DNA from: Candidatus Eiseniibacteriota bacterium
GTDB lineage: Bacteria > Eisenbacteria > RBG-16-71-46 > DASYSL01
Reading direction: 5' to 3'
Length of the DNA stretch: 43,550 nt
Assembly (NCBI GenBank): GCA_035259005.1
Contig: DATFWU010000181.1
Span: 1 to 43,550, forward strand
Part shown: piece after piece, positions 36,162 through 43,550 of the stretch
Layout: each line of letters begins with the position of its first letter
Numbering within the stretch: the stretch's first letter is position 1
Made by a program: the position numbers and the translations under genes
Notes under the pieces: generated by a model
The model's input: the letters and a program-made list of their open reading frames with translations, nothing else
Told to the model about the DNA's origin: nothing
Databases searched by the model: none

Positions 36162-36683
36162 GTGAGTAGTCGGCAGCGGATGCCGGTGACGAAGCCGCGA
36201 CTGATGGTCGCCGCTTCCTCGATCCAGGGAGTTGGGGTCCACACGCGAGTCGCGGTGGAGCCCGGCACGTCGCTCTTCGTCGTGCGTGGCGAGCGTCAGA
36301 CCGAAGACTACGACGAGCACTTCGACAAGGGCGCCCACTGGTTCTGCGTGGGCATGCGGGCTTGGATCAAGCCCGGCCCCAAGACCCTCGCCCGCTTCCT
36401 CAATCACTCGTGCGCTCCCACCGCCGTCTGGGCCGACAACCGCTGGGTCACGGCGCGCGTCCGCATCCCGGCGGGGGGCGAGATCTCGATCGACTACGGC
36501 ACCATCGAGCTCGATCCCTACTGGCGCATGTCGTGCTCGTGCGGGGCGCCGACGTGCCGGCGCACGATCGTGCCCTTCTATCTCGAGCCGCCCCGCGTCC
36601 GCCGGCGCCTCGAGCCGCAAGCCCCCGCGTTCCTGCGCCAGTGCCTGAACGAGTGCCTGGCCTTGGTGCCGGTCGCGCGCTGA
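36162..36683 (+). CDS. SET-domain protein (putative protein lysine methyltransferase) with a post-SET Cys cluster
   Basis: 173 aa. It has IQGVGVHTRVAVEPGTSLFVVRGE, FLNHSCAPT, GEISIDYG and the post-SET CSCGAPTC (CxCx4C). It uses a GTG start. Confidence 0.8.
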   Translation: MSSRQRMPVTKPRLMVAASSIQGVGVHTRVAVEPGTSLFVVRGERQTEDYDEHFDKGAHWFCVGMRAWIKPGPKTLARFLNHSCAPTAVWADNRWVTARVRIPAGGEISIDYGTIELDPYWRMSCSCGAPTCRRTIVPFYLEPPRVRRRLEPQAPAFLRQCLNECLALVPVAR

Positions 36684-36741
36684 TCGAATCGGCTTCGAGC
36701 CGCATCTGAATCATCGGTTTTGCTGGGGAATTCTCGCTGTC

Positions 36742-36759
36742 ATCCGCCCCGGGGCGGAT
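36742..36759. repeat. 18-bp perfect palindrome ATCCGCCCCGGGGCGGAT (copy 2, intergenic)
   Basis: It lies 59 nt after the SET gene stop and 47 nt before the next ATG. It is followed by AGTCCTAGCGTTTTGATATG. It could act as a terminator hairpin or an operator. Confidence 0.9.
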
Positions 36760-36805
36760 AGTCCTAGCGTTTTGATATGAATTCTGTGCACCAAGGAGAG
36801 GGATC

Positions 36806-37447
36806 ATGCGCGTCGGCATTCTCGGTAGCGGCGAGGTGGGGCAGGCGCTAGGGACGGCGTTCGCCACACTCGGTCACGAAGTCAAGATCGGGACGCGCGA
36901 GCCGGGGAGCGACAAGCTCAAGGCCTGGCTCGGGAAGGCCGGGGCGAAGGCTTCGACCGGGATCTTTGCCGAGGCGGCCGAGTTCGGCGAGCTGCTCGTG
37001 CTCGCGACCGCGTGGTCCGGCACGCCGGCGGCGATCCAGCTCGCTGGCCCTGATCGCACCGCCGGCAAGACGGTGATCGATGCCACCAATCCGCTCGACT
37101 TCGCGGGCGGCGGGCCCGCGCTGGCCGTCGGATTCAAGGACTCGGCCGGCGAGCAGGTGCAGCGCTGGCTGCCGCGGGCGCACGTCGTCAAGGCGTTCAA
37201 CATCGTGGGCAACAAGTTCATGTTCCGGCCGCAGTTCGCGGGCGGGCCGCCGACCATGTTCTACGCCGGCAATGACGCCGGGGCGAAGCGGACGGTCAAG
37301 AAGATTCTCGACGACTTCGGCTGGGAGTCGATCGATCTCGGAGGGATCGAGAGCGCGCGCTATCTCGAGCCTCTGGCCATGGTCTGGATCGTGCACGGCT
37401 TCCAGTCGAAGACCTGGAACCACGCGTTCAAGCTACTGAAAAACTAG
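36806..37447 (+). CDS. NADP oxidoreductase, coenzyme F420-dependent family (NpdG-like)
   Basis: 213 aa. It has MRVGILGSGEVGQALGTAF (a Rossmann motif), VIDATNPL and VVKAFN. An AAGGAGAGGG SD is upstream. Confidence 0.85.
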   Translation: MRVGILGSGEVGQALGTAFATLGHEVKIGTREPGSDKLKAWLGKAGAKASTGIFAEAAEFGELLVLATAWSGTPAAIQLAGPDRTAGKTVIDATNPLDFAGGGPALAVGFKDSAGEQVQRWLPRAHVVKAFNIVGNKFMFRPQFAGGPPTMFYAGNDAGAKRTVKKILDDFGWESIDLGGIESARYLEPLAMVWIVHGFQSKTWNHAFKLLKN

Positions 37448-37484
37448 GGCAGGCGCGGATCGGCGGCCGCCCGACTGGGCCCAG

Positions 37485-37709
37485 GTGTCGCAGGCAAGCT
37501 ACGCCCGGACCATGGTCGCCTTCCTGCGCGAACGGGCCGACCGGCTGAGGGGCGCCCGCCGGGCCATGGTGGTCAACTCGTCCAAGGCCCATGGGCTAGG
37601 GCGCAAGATCGAGACGAGCATCGAGTCGGACAGGATCGAGATCCGAATGTTCGCGGACGATGAGGAAGGGCTCGCTCGCGGACGGGCCGCACGAGAGCGG
37701 CAGTCTTAG
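37485..37709 (+). CDS. Possible small hypothetical protein (74 aa; GTG start)
   Basis: Third-position GC is high, consistent with coding. However, no SD or family was recognised, and it overlaps the hemY 3' end by 4 nt. Confidence 0.25.
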   Translation: MSQASYARTMVAFLRERADRLRGARRAMVVNSSKAHGLGRKIETSIESDRIEIRMFADDEEGLARGRAARERQS

Positions 37710-39052
37710 CTTCGAGCGAGCGCCGCTTCGGCGGCGCGCTCGCCGCTGGCCACGCAATCCGGCGTGCCCACGCCGTGATAGGCGGCCCCGGCCAGGAAGA
37801 GCCCGCGATGCGCGCCCGCGCGCTCCTCGATCTGACGCACGAGCGCGCCGTGGCCCACGCGATAGCGAGGCATGGCCCGCGGATGGCGGCTCACGACCGA
37901 GAACAGCGGCCGCTCCTTGAGGCGTAGCAAGAGCGCCAGCGGATCCAACGCGCGGCGCTCGCACTCGACGTCTTCCCATCCCACTGCCGCGTCACCGAAG
38001 AAGGCGCGCAGCAAGGCCTGACCGGCCGGCGCCCGTCCTTCGAATTTCTGGTGGGCGAGCGTGCAGGCAATCAGGGGAATCTCCTCGATCGCCGGCACGA
38101 CGAAGCCCGAGCCGTCCAGGCCCACGCCCATGGCCGATTCGCGAAACGCCATCGCGACCGTGACCGAGGAGCCGTAGCGGATCTCCTCGAGGTCGCGCGC
38201 GAGGGCGGGATCGAAGGCGCGCGCGAGCCTCGCGGTCGCGTGCGCCGGCAAAGCCGAGATCACGCCGTCGAAGGAATCCGCGTCGCCGACCGTGCGCACC
38301 CGCCAGCCGGGCTCGAGGGCCGTGACGCGGGTATCGAGTCGCACCACGCCGATGCGCCCCGCGAAGGCTTCGATCCACTGCTGCATGCCTTGGCGCAAGG
38401 TGGCGAACAGGCCGTAACGCGCGCCGCTGGCGGCGCGGTGGGACGCGGCCGCCTGGAGTCCGCGGATCACGCTTCCGTGCACCCGCTCCATCTCGAGAAA
38501 GCGGGGGAACGTGGAGGCGAGCGAGAGCTCCTCGGGATGGGCGCCGTAAATGCCGCCGACCATGGGTTGCGCCACGCGGTCGAGCATTTCCTGGCCGAAG
38601 CGCCGGCGCACGAACGAGCCGAGACTTTCGTCTTCGCCCGGCCGACGTCGTCTTGGCACCAGGGGCTCGAGGCTTGCGCGCGCCTTCCCGGCCACGCTCA
38701 ACAGGGGGCTCCTCCAGAATTTCGCCAGATCGGAGGGCCCGAGCAGGTAGAACCCTTCCGGCGTGGGCACGAGCCGACGGCCGCGCACCACGTAACTCTT
38801 CCGGAATTCGGGGCGCGTGCCGATCAGCTCGTCGCCCAGGCCGAGACGCTCGAGCTGGGCGCGGGCGGCCGGCTTCTCGCTCAGGATCGAGTCGGGCCCT
38901 TCCTCGATCAGAAATCCGTCGCGATGCCGGGTCGACACGACGCCGCCGAGGCGTGAGGCAGCTTCGTAGACGACGACGTCCGCTCCCAGCTCGCGGGCGC
39001 GAAACGCGGCGGAGAGCCCGGCGAGGCCGCCGCCCAGGACGGCGATTCTCAA
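37706..39052 (-). CDS. hemY: Protoporphyrinogen/coproporphyrinogen III oxidase (HemY/CgoX family, FAD-dependent)
   Basis: 448 aa. It has IAVLGGGLAGLSAAF...YEAASRLGG. The apparent TTG start is 7 nt after the hemH stop. Confidence 0.85.
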   Translation of the reverse strand: MRIAVLGGGLAGLSAAFRARELGADVVVYEAASRLGGVVSTRHRDGFLIEEGPDSILSEKPAARAQLERLGLGDELIGTRPEFRKSYVVRGRRLVPTPEGFYLLGPSDLAKFWRSPLLSVAGKARASLEPLVPRRRRPGEDESLGSFVRRRFGQEMLDRVAQPMVGGIYGAHPEELSLASTFPRFLEMERVHGSVIRGLQAAASHRAASGARYGLFATLRQGMQQWIEAFAGRIGVVRLDTRVTALEPGWRVRTVGDADSFDGVISALPAHATARLARAFDPALARDLEEIRYGSSVTVAMAFRESAMGVGLDGSGFVVPAIEEIPLIACTLAHQKFEGRAPAGQALLRAFFGDAAVGWEDVECERRALDPLALLLRLKERPLFSVVSRHPRAMPRYRVGHGALVRQIEERAGAHRGLFLAGAAYHGVGTPDCVASGERAAEAALARS

Positions 39053-39059
39053 ATCGGAA

Positions 39060-40052
39060 TCAGGCGAAGCGGTCGCACGTGGCGAGCACTTCCTCGCCCA
39101 AGAGCGCGACGAACTCGGGATGGTCGTTCACGCAGCCAGCCCGGTGATAGCGCAAGCCCAGCTCGGTCGCCGTCTCGCGCGCCTCGATGTCGAGATCGAA
39201 CAGCACCTCGACGTGATCGCTCAGGAAGCCGATCGCCTGCACCACGACCTCGCGGGCTCCCATGCCGGCGCGGCGGCGCAGCACGTCGTTCACGTCGGGC
39301 TCGAGCCACGGCGTTCTCGGATCGCCGCTTCGGCTCTGCCAGGCGATCTCCCAATCCGGCGCGCCGAGCAGGCGCGCCACACCCTGCGCCGTGATCCACA
39401 GGTCGGCTTCGTAGGGCGAGCCGCGCGAAAGGGCCACGGGAATGGAGTGTGCGGTGAACACGATCGGCACGCCCTGGGGCCAGCGGCCGCGGCGGTATCC
39501 GCTCACTTCCTCGATGCGCTGGGCGTTGGCTTCGAGGAAGCGGGGATGGCCGTAGTACGCGTTCACGTAGCTCACGATCGGCCCGTCGCCGCGATTGGCT
39601 CTCACCGCCTCGGCCACGTCGAGCGCGTAGCGCTCCCAGCTCACCTCGGAGCGGTGCGCGGCGAGGATCACGCCGGCGGCGTGGCGGCGCCCATCGCGGG
39701 CCATGCGCGCCATCTCGTCCTTCAGGAACGGATCCCAGTTGCGCATGCCGCAATAGATGGGGAGGGCGCGCCCGCGATCCGCGAGCCAGCGCTCGACGCC
39801 CGCGCGCTGCCGCTCGGTCAGGGCGTTGTAGGGCGAGCGGCCGCCGACTTCCATGTAGTGGTGCTCGACCTCGACCAGACGCTCGTCGGGCACGCCGCGT
39901 CCGCGCGTCACGTGGCGCAGGAAGGGCATGATCTGCGACGGCTCGGTGGGGCCGCCGAAGCCCACGAACAAAACGGAATCGATGGCCGGCAGGGGAGTCG
40001 CCGGCCCGTAGCCCGCGCCCGCCGCCGACGCTGACAACCGTGTTTCGTTCAT
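39060..40052 (-). CDS. hemH: Ferrochelatase (HemH/CpfC)
   Basis: From MNETRLSAS. It has VLFVGFGGP, FTAHSIP and QAIGFLSDHVEVLFDLD. The track ORF 39060-41018 is a run-on. It overlaps the hemE stop by 4 nt. Confidence 0.9.
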   Translation of the reverse strand: MNETRLSASAAGAGYGPATPLPAIDSVLFVGFGGPTEPSQIMPFLRHVTRGRGVPDERLVEVEHHYMEVGGRSPYNALTERQRAGVERWLADRGRALPIYCGMRNWDPFLKDEMARMARDGRRHAAGVILAAHRSEVSWERYALDVAEAVRANRGDGPIVSYVNAYYGHPRFLEANAQRIEEVSGYRRGRWPQGVPIVFTAHSIPVALSRGSPYEADLWITAQGVARLLGAPDWEIAWQSRSGDPRTPWLEPDVNDVLRRRAGMGAREVVVQAIGFLSDHVEVLFDLDIEARETATELGLRYHRAGCVNDHPEFVALLGEEVLATCDRFA

Positions 40053-41061
40053 GTCTTCCGACTCATGTCGTGGACCCAGTGGACGAGCCGCGAGACGTTG
40101 TCCACCGGCGTCTCGGGCAGGATGCCGTGGCCGAGATTGAAGATGTGGCCGGGGCGTCCGGCGGCGCGCTGGAGGATGCGCCGCGTTTGATCGCGAATCA
40201 CGTCTTCGGGAGCGAAGAGTACCACGGGATCGAGATTGCCCATGACCGGCCGGTCGTAGCCGATGCGACCCCAGGCCTCGTCGAGATCGACGCGCCAATC
40301 GAGGCCGATCACGTCGCCACCCGCCTGGCGCATGTCGCTGAGCAGAGTCGCTGTGCCGGTGCCGAAGTGAATGACCGGCACGTAGGGAACCACGCCCGCG
40401 ATCACCTGCGCCGTGTACGGCTTCACGTACTGGCGGTAGTCGGCGGGGGAAAGACAGCCCACCCAGCTGTCGAAGAGCTGCACCACCGAGCAGCCAGCCC
40501 GGACCTGTCCGTTCAGCACGTCGATCAAGGCGGGCACCAGCTTGCCCATGAGCGCGCGCCACGCGCCGCCGTCGGCGTACAGGAAACGCTTGGTCTTCTC
40601 GAACGTGCGCGTCGAGCCGCCCTCGATGAGATACGAGGCGACGGTGAAAGGCGCGCCGGCGAAGCCGATGAGCGGCAGGTGGCTCGGGAGCGCCGCACGC
40701 GTGGCGCGCGCGGCCTCGAAGACATACGACAAAGCGCCGGGCTCGGCGGCGCGCACCCGGTCCACGTCGGCGGCCGTGTCGACCGTGGGTGTGATCACGG
40801 GGCCTTCGCCGCGTGCGAACTCGAGCGTGAAGCCGAGCGGCTCGACGACGAGCAGGAGATCCGCGAACAGGATGGCGGCGTCGACGCCGAGCTTCGCCGC
40901 CGCCTGTGTGGTCACCTGGGCGACCAGCTCGGGCGACTTGCACAGCTCCAGCATCGAGACCTTCTCGCGCAGGTCCCGGTACTCCTTCATGTAGCGGCCG
41001 GCTTGACGAAGAAGCCACACCGGCGTGAACGCCGTCGCCTCGCGGCGGCAGGCGCGCAGCA
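40049..41061 (-). CDS. hemE: Uroporphyrinogen decarboxylase
   Basis: From MLRACRREATAFTPVWLLRQAGRYMKEYR. It has FDSW and NLGHGI motifs. The longer 41167 GTG start adds a Pro-rich 35 aa that looks non-native. Confidence 0.9.
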
Positions 41062-41224
41062 TGGTCGAGTTCCAGGAAGGGTGGGACGAGGGCTGGAAGG
41101 CACCGTTCACGGGGCGGAAGGGCTCCGGTTGTTGACCCCGCTCGGGGTTCGATGGTGAGATGACCACGTCATCCGCGAGTCGAATCGCCCCGCCACTCTA
41201 GCAAGCTTTTGTCCGAGGCGCAGC

Positions 41225-43006
41225 GTGTCCAAGGTTCGTCCCATCGTCGCGATCACCCTCGTCTCTTTGACGCTCGCCTCTGCCTCCTTCGCCGCCGCGG
41301 CCCGCAAGACGACCGCCAAGCCCGCAGAAAAGCGCGCGCCCAGCGTGCCCACGGGCGACGCCGCCGTGGCCCAGGAGATCGAGAAGCTCGTCGTGCCCAG
41401 GAAGGGGGCTCCCGCCGATACCGACACGGTGCGCCTGTTCGTGCGCGAGGCGTACCGCAAGATGAGCTACCGGCCGGTGTGGACGAGCGAGGGGACGCTC
41501 CGCGCCACGGCCGACGAGCTCTTCACCGTGCTCTCCTCGGCCGGCTCGTACGGGCTCGACAAGACGGACTATCCCCTGCCGGAGCTCAAGGACGAAGCCG
41601 ACGCGATCCGCGACGGCTCGGAAGGCAGCGTCGGCCGCTCCCCGGAGTCGGTCGCGCGCTGGGACGTCCGCATGTCGGAGACCTTCGTGCGCTTGGCCTC
41701 GCAGGTCGCGGGCGGACGCGTCAAGCCGCGCGACATGTACGCCGACTGGTACACGATCCCGCGCGGCGTCGACGGCGTCACCCTGCTCACGCGCGCCGCC
41801 GGCGAGGGCAACGTGCGCGATCTCTTGAGCGGGATCGAGCCGCAGAGTCCGGGTTACGTCCACCTCAAGAACGCCTACGCGCGCTACCTGGAGGTGGCCG
41901 CCCACGGCGGCTGGGGCGAGGTGGCGTACGGCGACTCGTTCGCGTGGAACAAGAAGGATGCGCGCGTGGCGGCCCTGCGCAAGCGGCTCGTCGCCTCTTC
42001 CGACTTGGCCAAGAGCAAGGCCGGGGGCACCAAGTACGACGCTTCCGTGCGCGACGCGGTCAGGCGCTTTCAGGCGCGCCACGGCCTGCCCGCCACCGGC
42101 CAGGTCGACTCGAACACGGTGGACGTGCTCAACGTGCCGGTGACCGAGCGCTTGCGCGAGATCCAGCTCAACCTCGAGCGCTGGCGCTGGCTGCCCGACG
42201 ACTTCGGCCCCTTCTACGTGACCGTGAACATTCCCGAGTTCAAGCTCCGCGTCATCAATCAGGGCAAGATGGTGGACTCGATGCGCGTGGTCGTGGGCCG
42301 CTATTACCATCCCACGCCCGTGTTCTCGGATTCGATCAGCGCCATCGTGATCAATCCCGACTGGGCGGTCCCGGGCTCCATCGCGCGCGACGAGCTCTTG
42401 CCCATGATCCAGCGCGACTCGACGTACTTCCTGAAGCGCGGCATCCACGTCTACCGGGGGACGGGAGCGCGCATGGTCGAGATCGCCTCGGACACCGTGC
42501 AGTGGGCGAACATCGAGAAGTCCTCGTTTCCGTATTCGCTGCGCCAGGCGCCGGGGCCGGAGAATCCGCTGGGCAGGATCAAGTTCCTGCTGCCCAATCA
42601 GTTCGACGTCTATCTGCACGACACCCCGGCGACCGAGCTGTTCCTTCAGGATCAGCGCGACTTCAGTTACGGCTGCGTGCGCCTGCAAGCGCCCGTGCGC
42701 TTCGCCGAGGACTTGCTTGATCCACAGCAGTGGCCGCAATCACGCCTCGAGGAAAGGATCGCAACCGGCGAGCCGGACACGCTGCGCATCGAGCCGGCGG
42801 TCCCCATCTCCCTTCAATATTGGACGGCGTGGGTCGACGACGAGGGCCAGGTGCAGTTCCGAGACGACGTGTACCGCATGGATTACCGCCAGAACTGGGC
42901 CTGGAAGCAGCGCGACAAGGCGCTGGGCAAGGTGGCGACGGCGACGCCGGAAGATCAGTCCGCACCCGCCGGCGCCGCGAACCCGACGGGCGACATCGGG
43001 CCTTGA
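41225..43006 (+). CDS. L,D-transpeptidase (YcbB/LdtD-like: PG-binding domain plus YkuD domain)
   Basis: 593 aa with a signal peptide. The PG_binding_1 domain has VRRFQARHGLPATGQVD. The YkuD catalytic region has YLHDTP...FSYGCVRL. Confidence 0.85.
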   Translation: MSKVRPIVAITLVSLTLASASFAAAARKTTAKPAEKRAPSVPTGDAAVAQEIEKLVVPRKGAPADTDTVRLFVREAYRKMSYRPVWTSEGTLRATADELFTVLSSAGSYGLDKTDYPLPELKDEADAIRDGSEGSVGRSPESVARWDVRMSETFVRLASQVAGGRVKPRDMYADWYTIPRGVDGVTLLTRAAGEGNVRDLLSGIEPQSPGYVHLKNAYARYLEVAAHGGWGEVAYGDSFAWNKKDARVAALRKRLVASSDLAKSKAGGTKYDASVRDAVRRFQARHGLPATGQVDSNTVDVLNVPVTERLREIQLNLERWRWLPDDFGPFYVTVNIPEFKLRVINQGKMVDSMRVVVGRYYHPTPVFSDSISAIVINPDWAVPGSIARDELLPMIQRDSTYFLKRGIHVYRGTGARMVEIASDTVQWANIEKSSFPYSLRQAPGPENPLGRIKFLLPNQFDVYLHDTPATELFLQDQRDFSYGCVRLQAPVRFAEDLLDPQQWPQSRLEERIATGEPDTLRIEPAVPISLQYWTAWVDDEGQVQFRDDVYRMDYRQNWAWKQRDKALGKVATATPEDQSAPAGAANPTGDIGP

Positions 43007-43013
43007 ACCCGCT

Positions 43014-43550
43014 CTAGGGCAGGAGCAGCACCGGGCAGGGCAGGCCCTGTGTGATCTCGTCCACGGCGCTGGCCGTGAGACCGGCGTCCTGCGAGGGGAT
43101 GATCAAGAAGCCCGCGTTGAGCTCGAGCAGGGCGCGGCGGATCACCGAGAACTCGCCGGACGTGAAGCGATGGATGCGGATGGGCGTGCCGTGGCCCGCG
43201 GCCCGCTCGCGCAGCCACTGCGTGAGCTTGGCGGCCCGCTCGGCGCTCTCGCCGATCAGGAACACTTCCAGCGCCGCGTCGATGCCCACGAGAAGCTTCA
43301 ACGCGACGTCCACTGCCTCGTCGGCGGCCGGCGAGCCGTCGTAGATCATGACGATCGGGCCCTCGGCCTTCACGCCGGGGCGAAGCAGCAAGAGCGTGCG
43401 TCCGGCCTCACGGATCGCGTCGCGAATCGTACGGCTCGCGCTGGCGCGCAAGATCGATCGCGGCGCCGTCTCGGCCACGGCCACGAGGTCGGTGTCGAGC
43501 GCCGCCGCCGCCACCTCGCGCGAGGCGACGCCGCGCACCACCCGGAAGCT
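43014..43550 (-). CDS. Universal stress protein (USP)-like protein, 5' end probably beyond the window
   Basis: It has USP-like alpha/beta segments (PIVMIYDGSPAADEAVDVALKL; FLIIPSQDAG...PCPVLLLP). The frame stays open to the window edge. Confidence 0.55.
   Translation of the reverse strand, partial: SFRVVRGVASREVAAAALDTDLVAVAETAPRSILRASASRTIRDAIREAGRTLLLLRPGVKAEGPIVMIYDGSPAADEAVDVALKLLVGIDAALEVFLIGESAERAAKLTQWLRERAAGHGTPIRIHRFTSGEFSVIRRALLELNAGFLIIPSQDAGLTASAVDEITQGLPCPVLLLP

Noticed and set aside
35870-36268. 132-aa minus-strand ORF, and a nested 33-aa ORF (MTKASTSAGAATAAAEAGKVIIKIKAGRLSRIS, 35870-35971), in the ~310-nt gap before the SET gene
   Set aside because: The long version overlaps the SET gene start and has no motif. 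The short one lacks a convincing SD. It overlaps a small AAAGCC-TCCC-GGCTTT hairpin (35884-35899) that could simply be the terminator of the upstream gene. The evidence is insufficient to call a gene.

Overview
High-GC (roughly 70% by eye) bacterial chromosomal window with about 45 tightly packed genes, many joined by 4-nt ATGA/GTGA start-stop overlaps. I saw no rRNA, tRNA, CRISPR array or transposase. Most of it is housekeeping or envelope content:
- ECF sigma plus ZAS anti-sigma, GH3 NagZ-like hydrolase, class I/II aminotransferase, S41 protease, DUF62 SAM hydrolase plus GT9, Cys/Met PLP enzyme, MnmA.
- GAF/fRMsr-like protein, a 920-aa hybrid histidine kinase, NDH-2, an osmoprotectant-type ABC transporter, FMN reductase.
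- A three-subunit molybdenum hydroxylase, a large beta-helix exoprotein, a membrane pyrophosphatase, DinB and NTF2-like proteins, a SET-domain protein, an F420-type NADP oxidoreductase.
- hemE-hemH-hemY, an L,D-transpeptidase and a USP-like protein.

The most interesting locus is a four-gene cluster (19806-23790): lipoprotein, ATP-grasp ligase, NfuA and a B12-like radical SAM enzyme. The radical SAM ORF is truncated in the ORF track at an in-frame TGA directly after a Cys. Read-through gives ...WYC-U-A-E-P-IEGPAAPF-stop, and a hairpin follows the TGA. This fits a selenocysteine-containing CUAEP-tail radical SAM protein of unknown function.

Immediately downstream is a ~1.3-kb low-GC island carrying a DUF222/HNH endonuclease gene. 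Other oddities are:
- an identical 18-bp perfect palindrome at two distant loci;
- a ~128-nt imperfect long inverted repeat upstream of the sigma gene;
- a 15-bp tandem duplication spanning a stop codon;
- a motif-divergent long M-PPase;
- a bacterial SET-domain protein.

The many long antisense ORFs are high-GC shadow ORFs. All functional calls come from by-eye motif recognition; no database search was possible.
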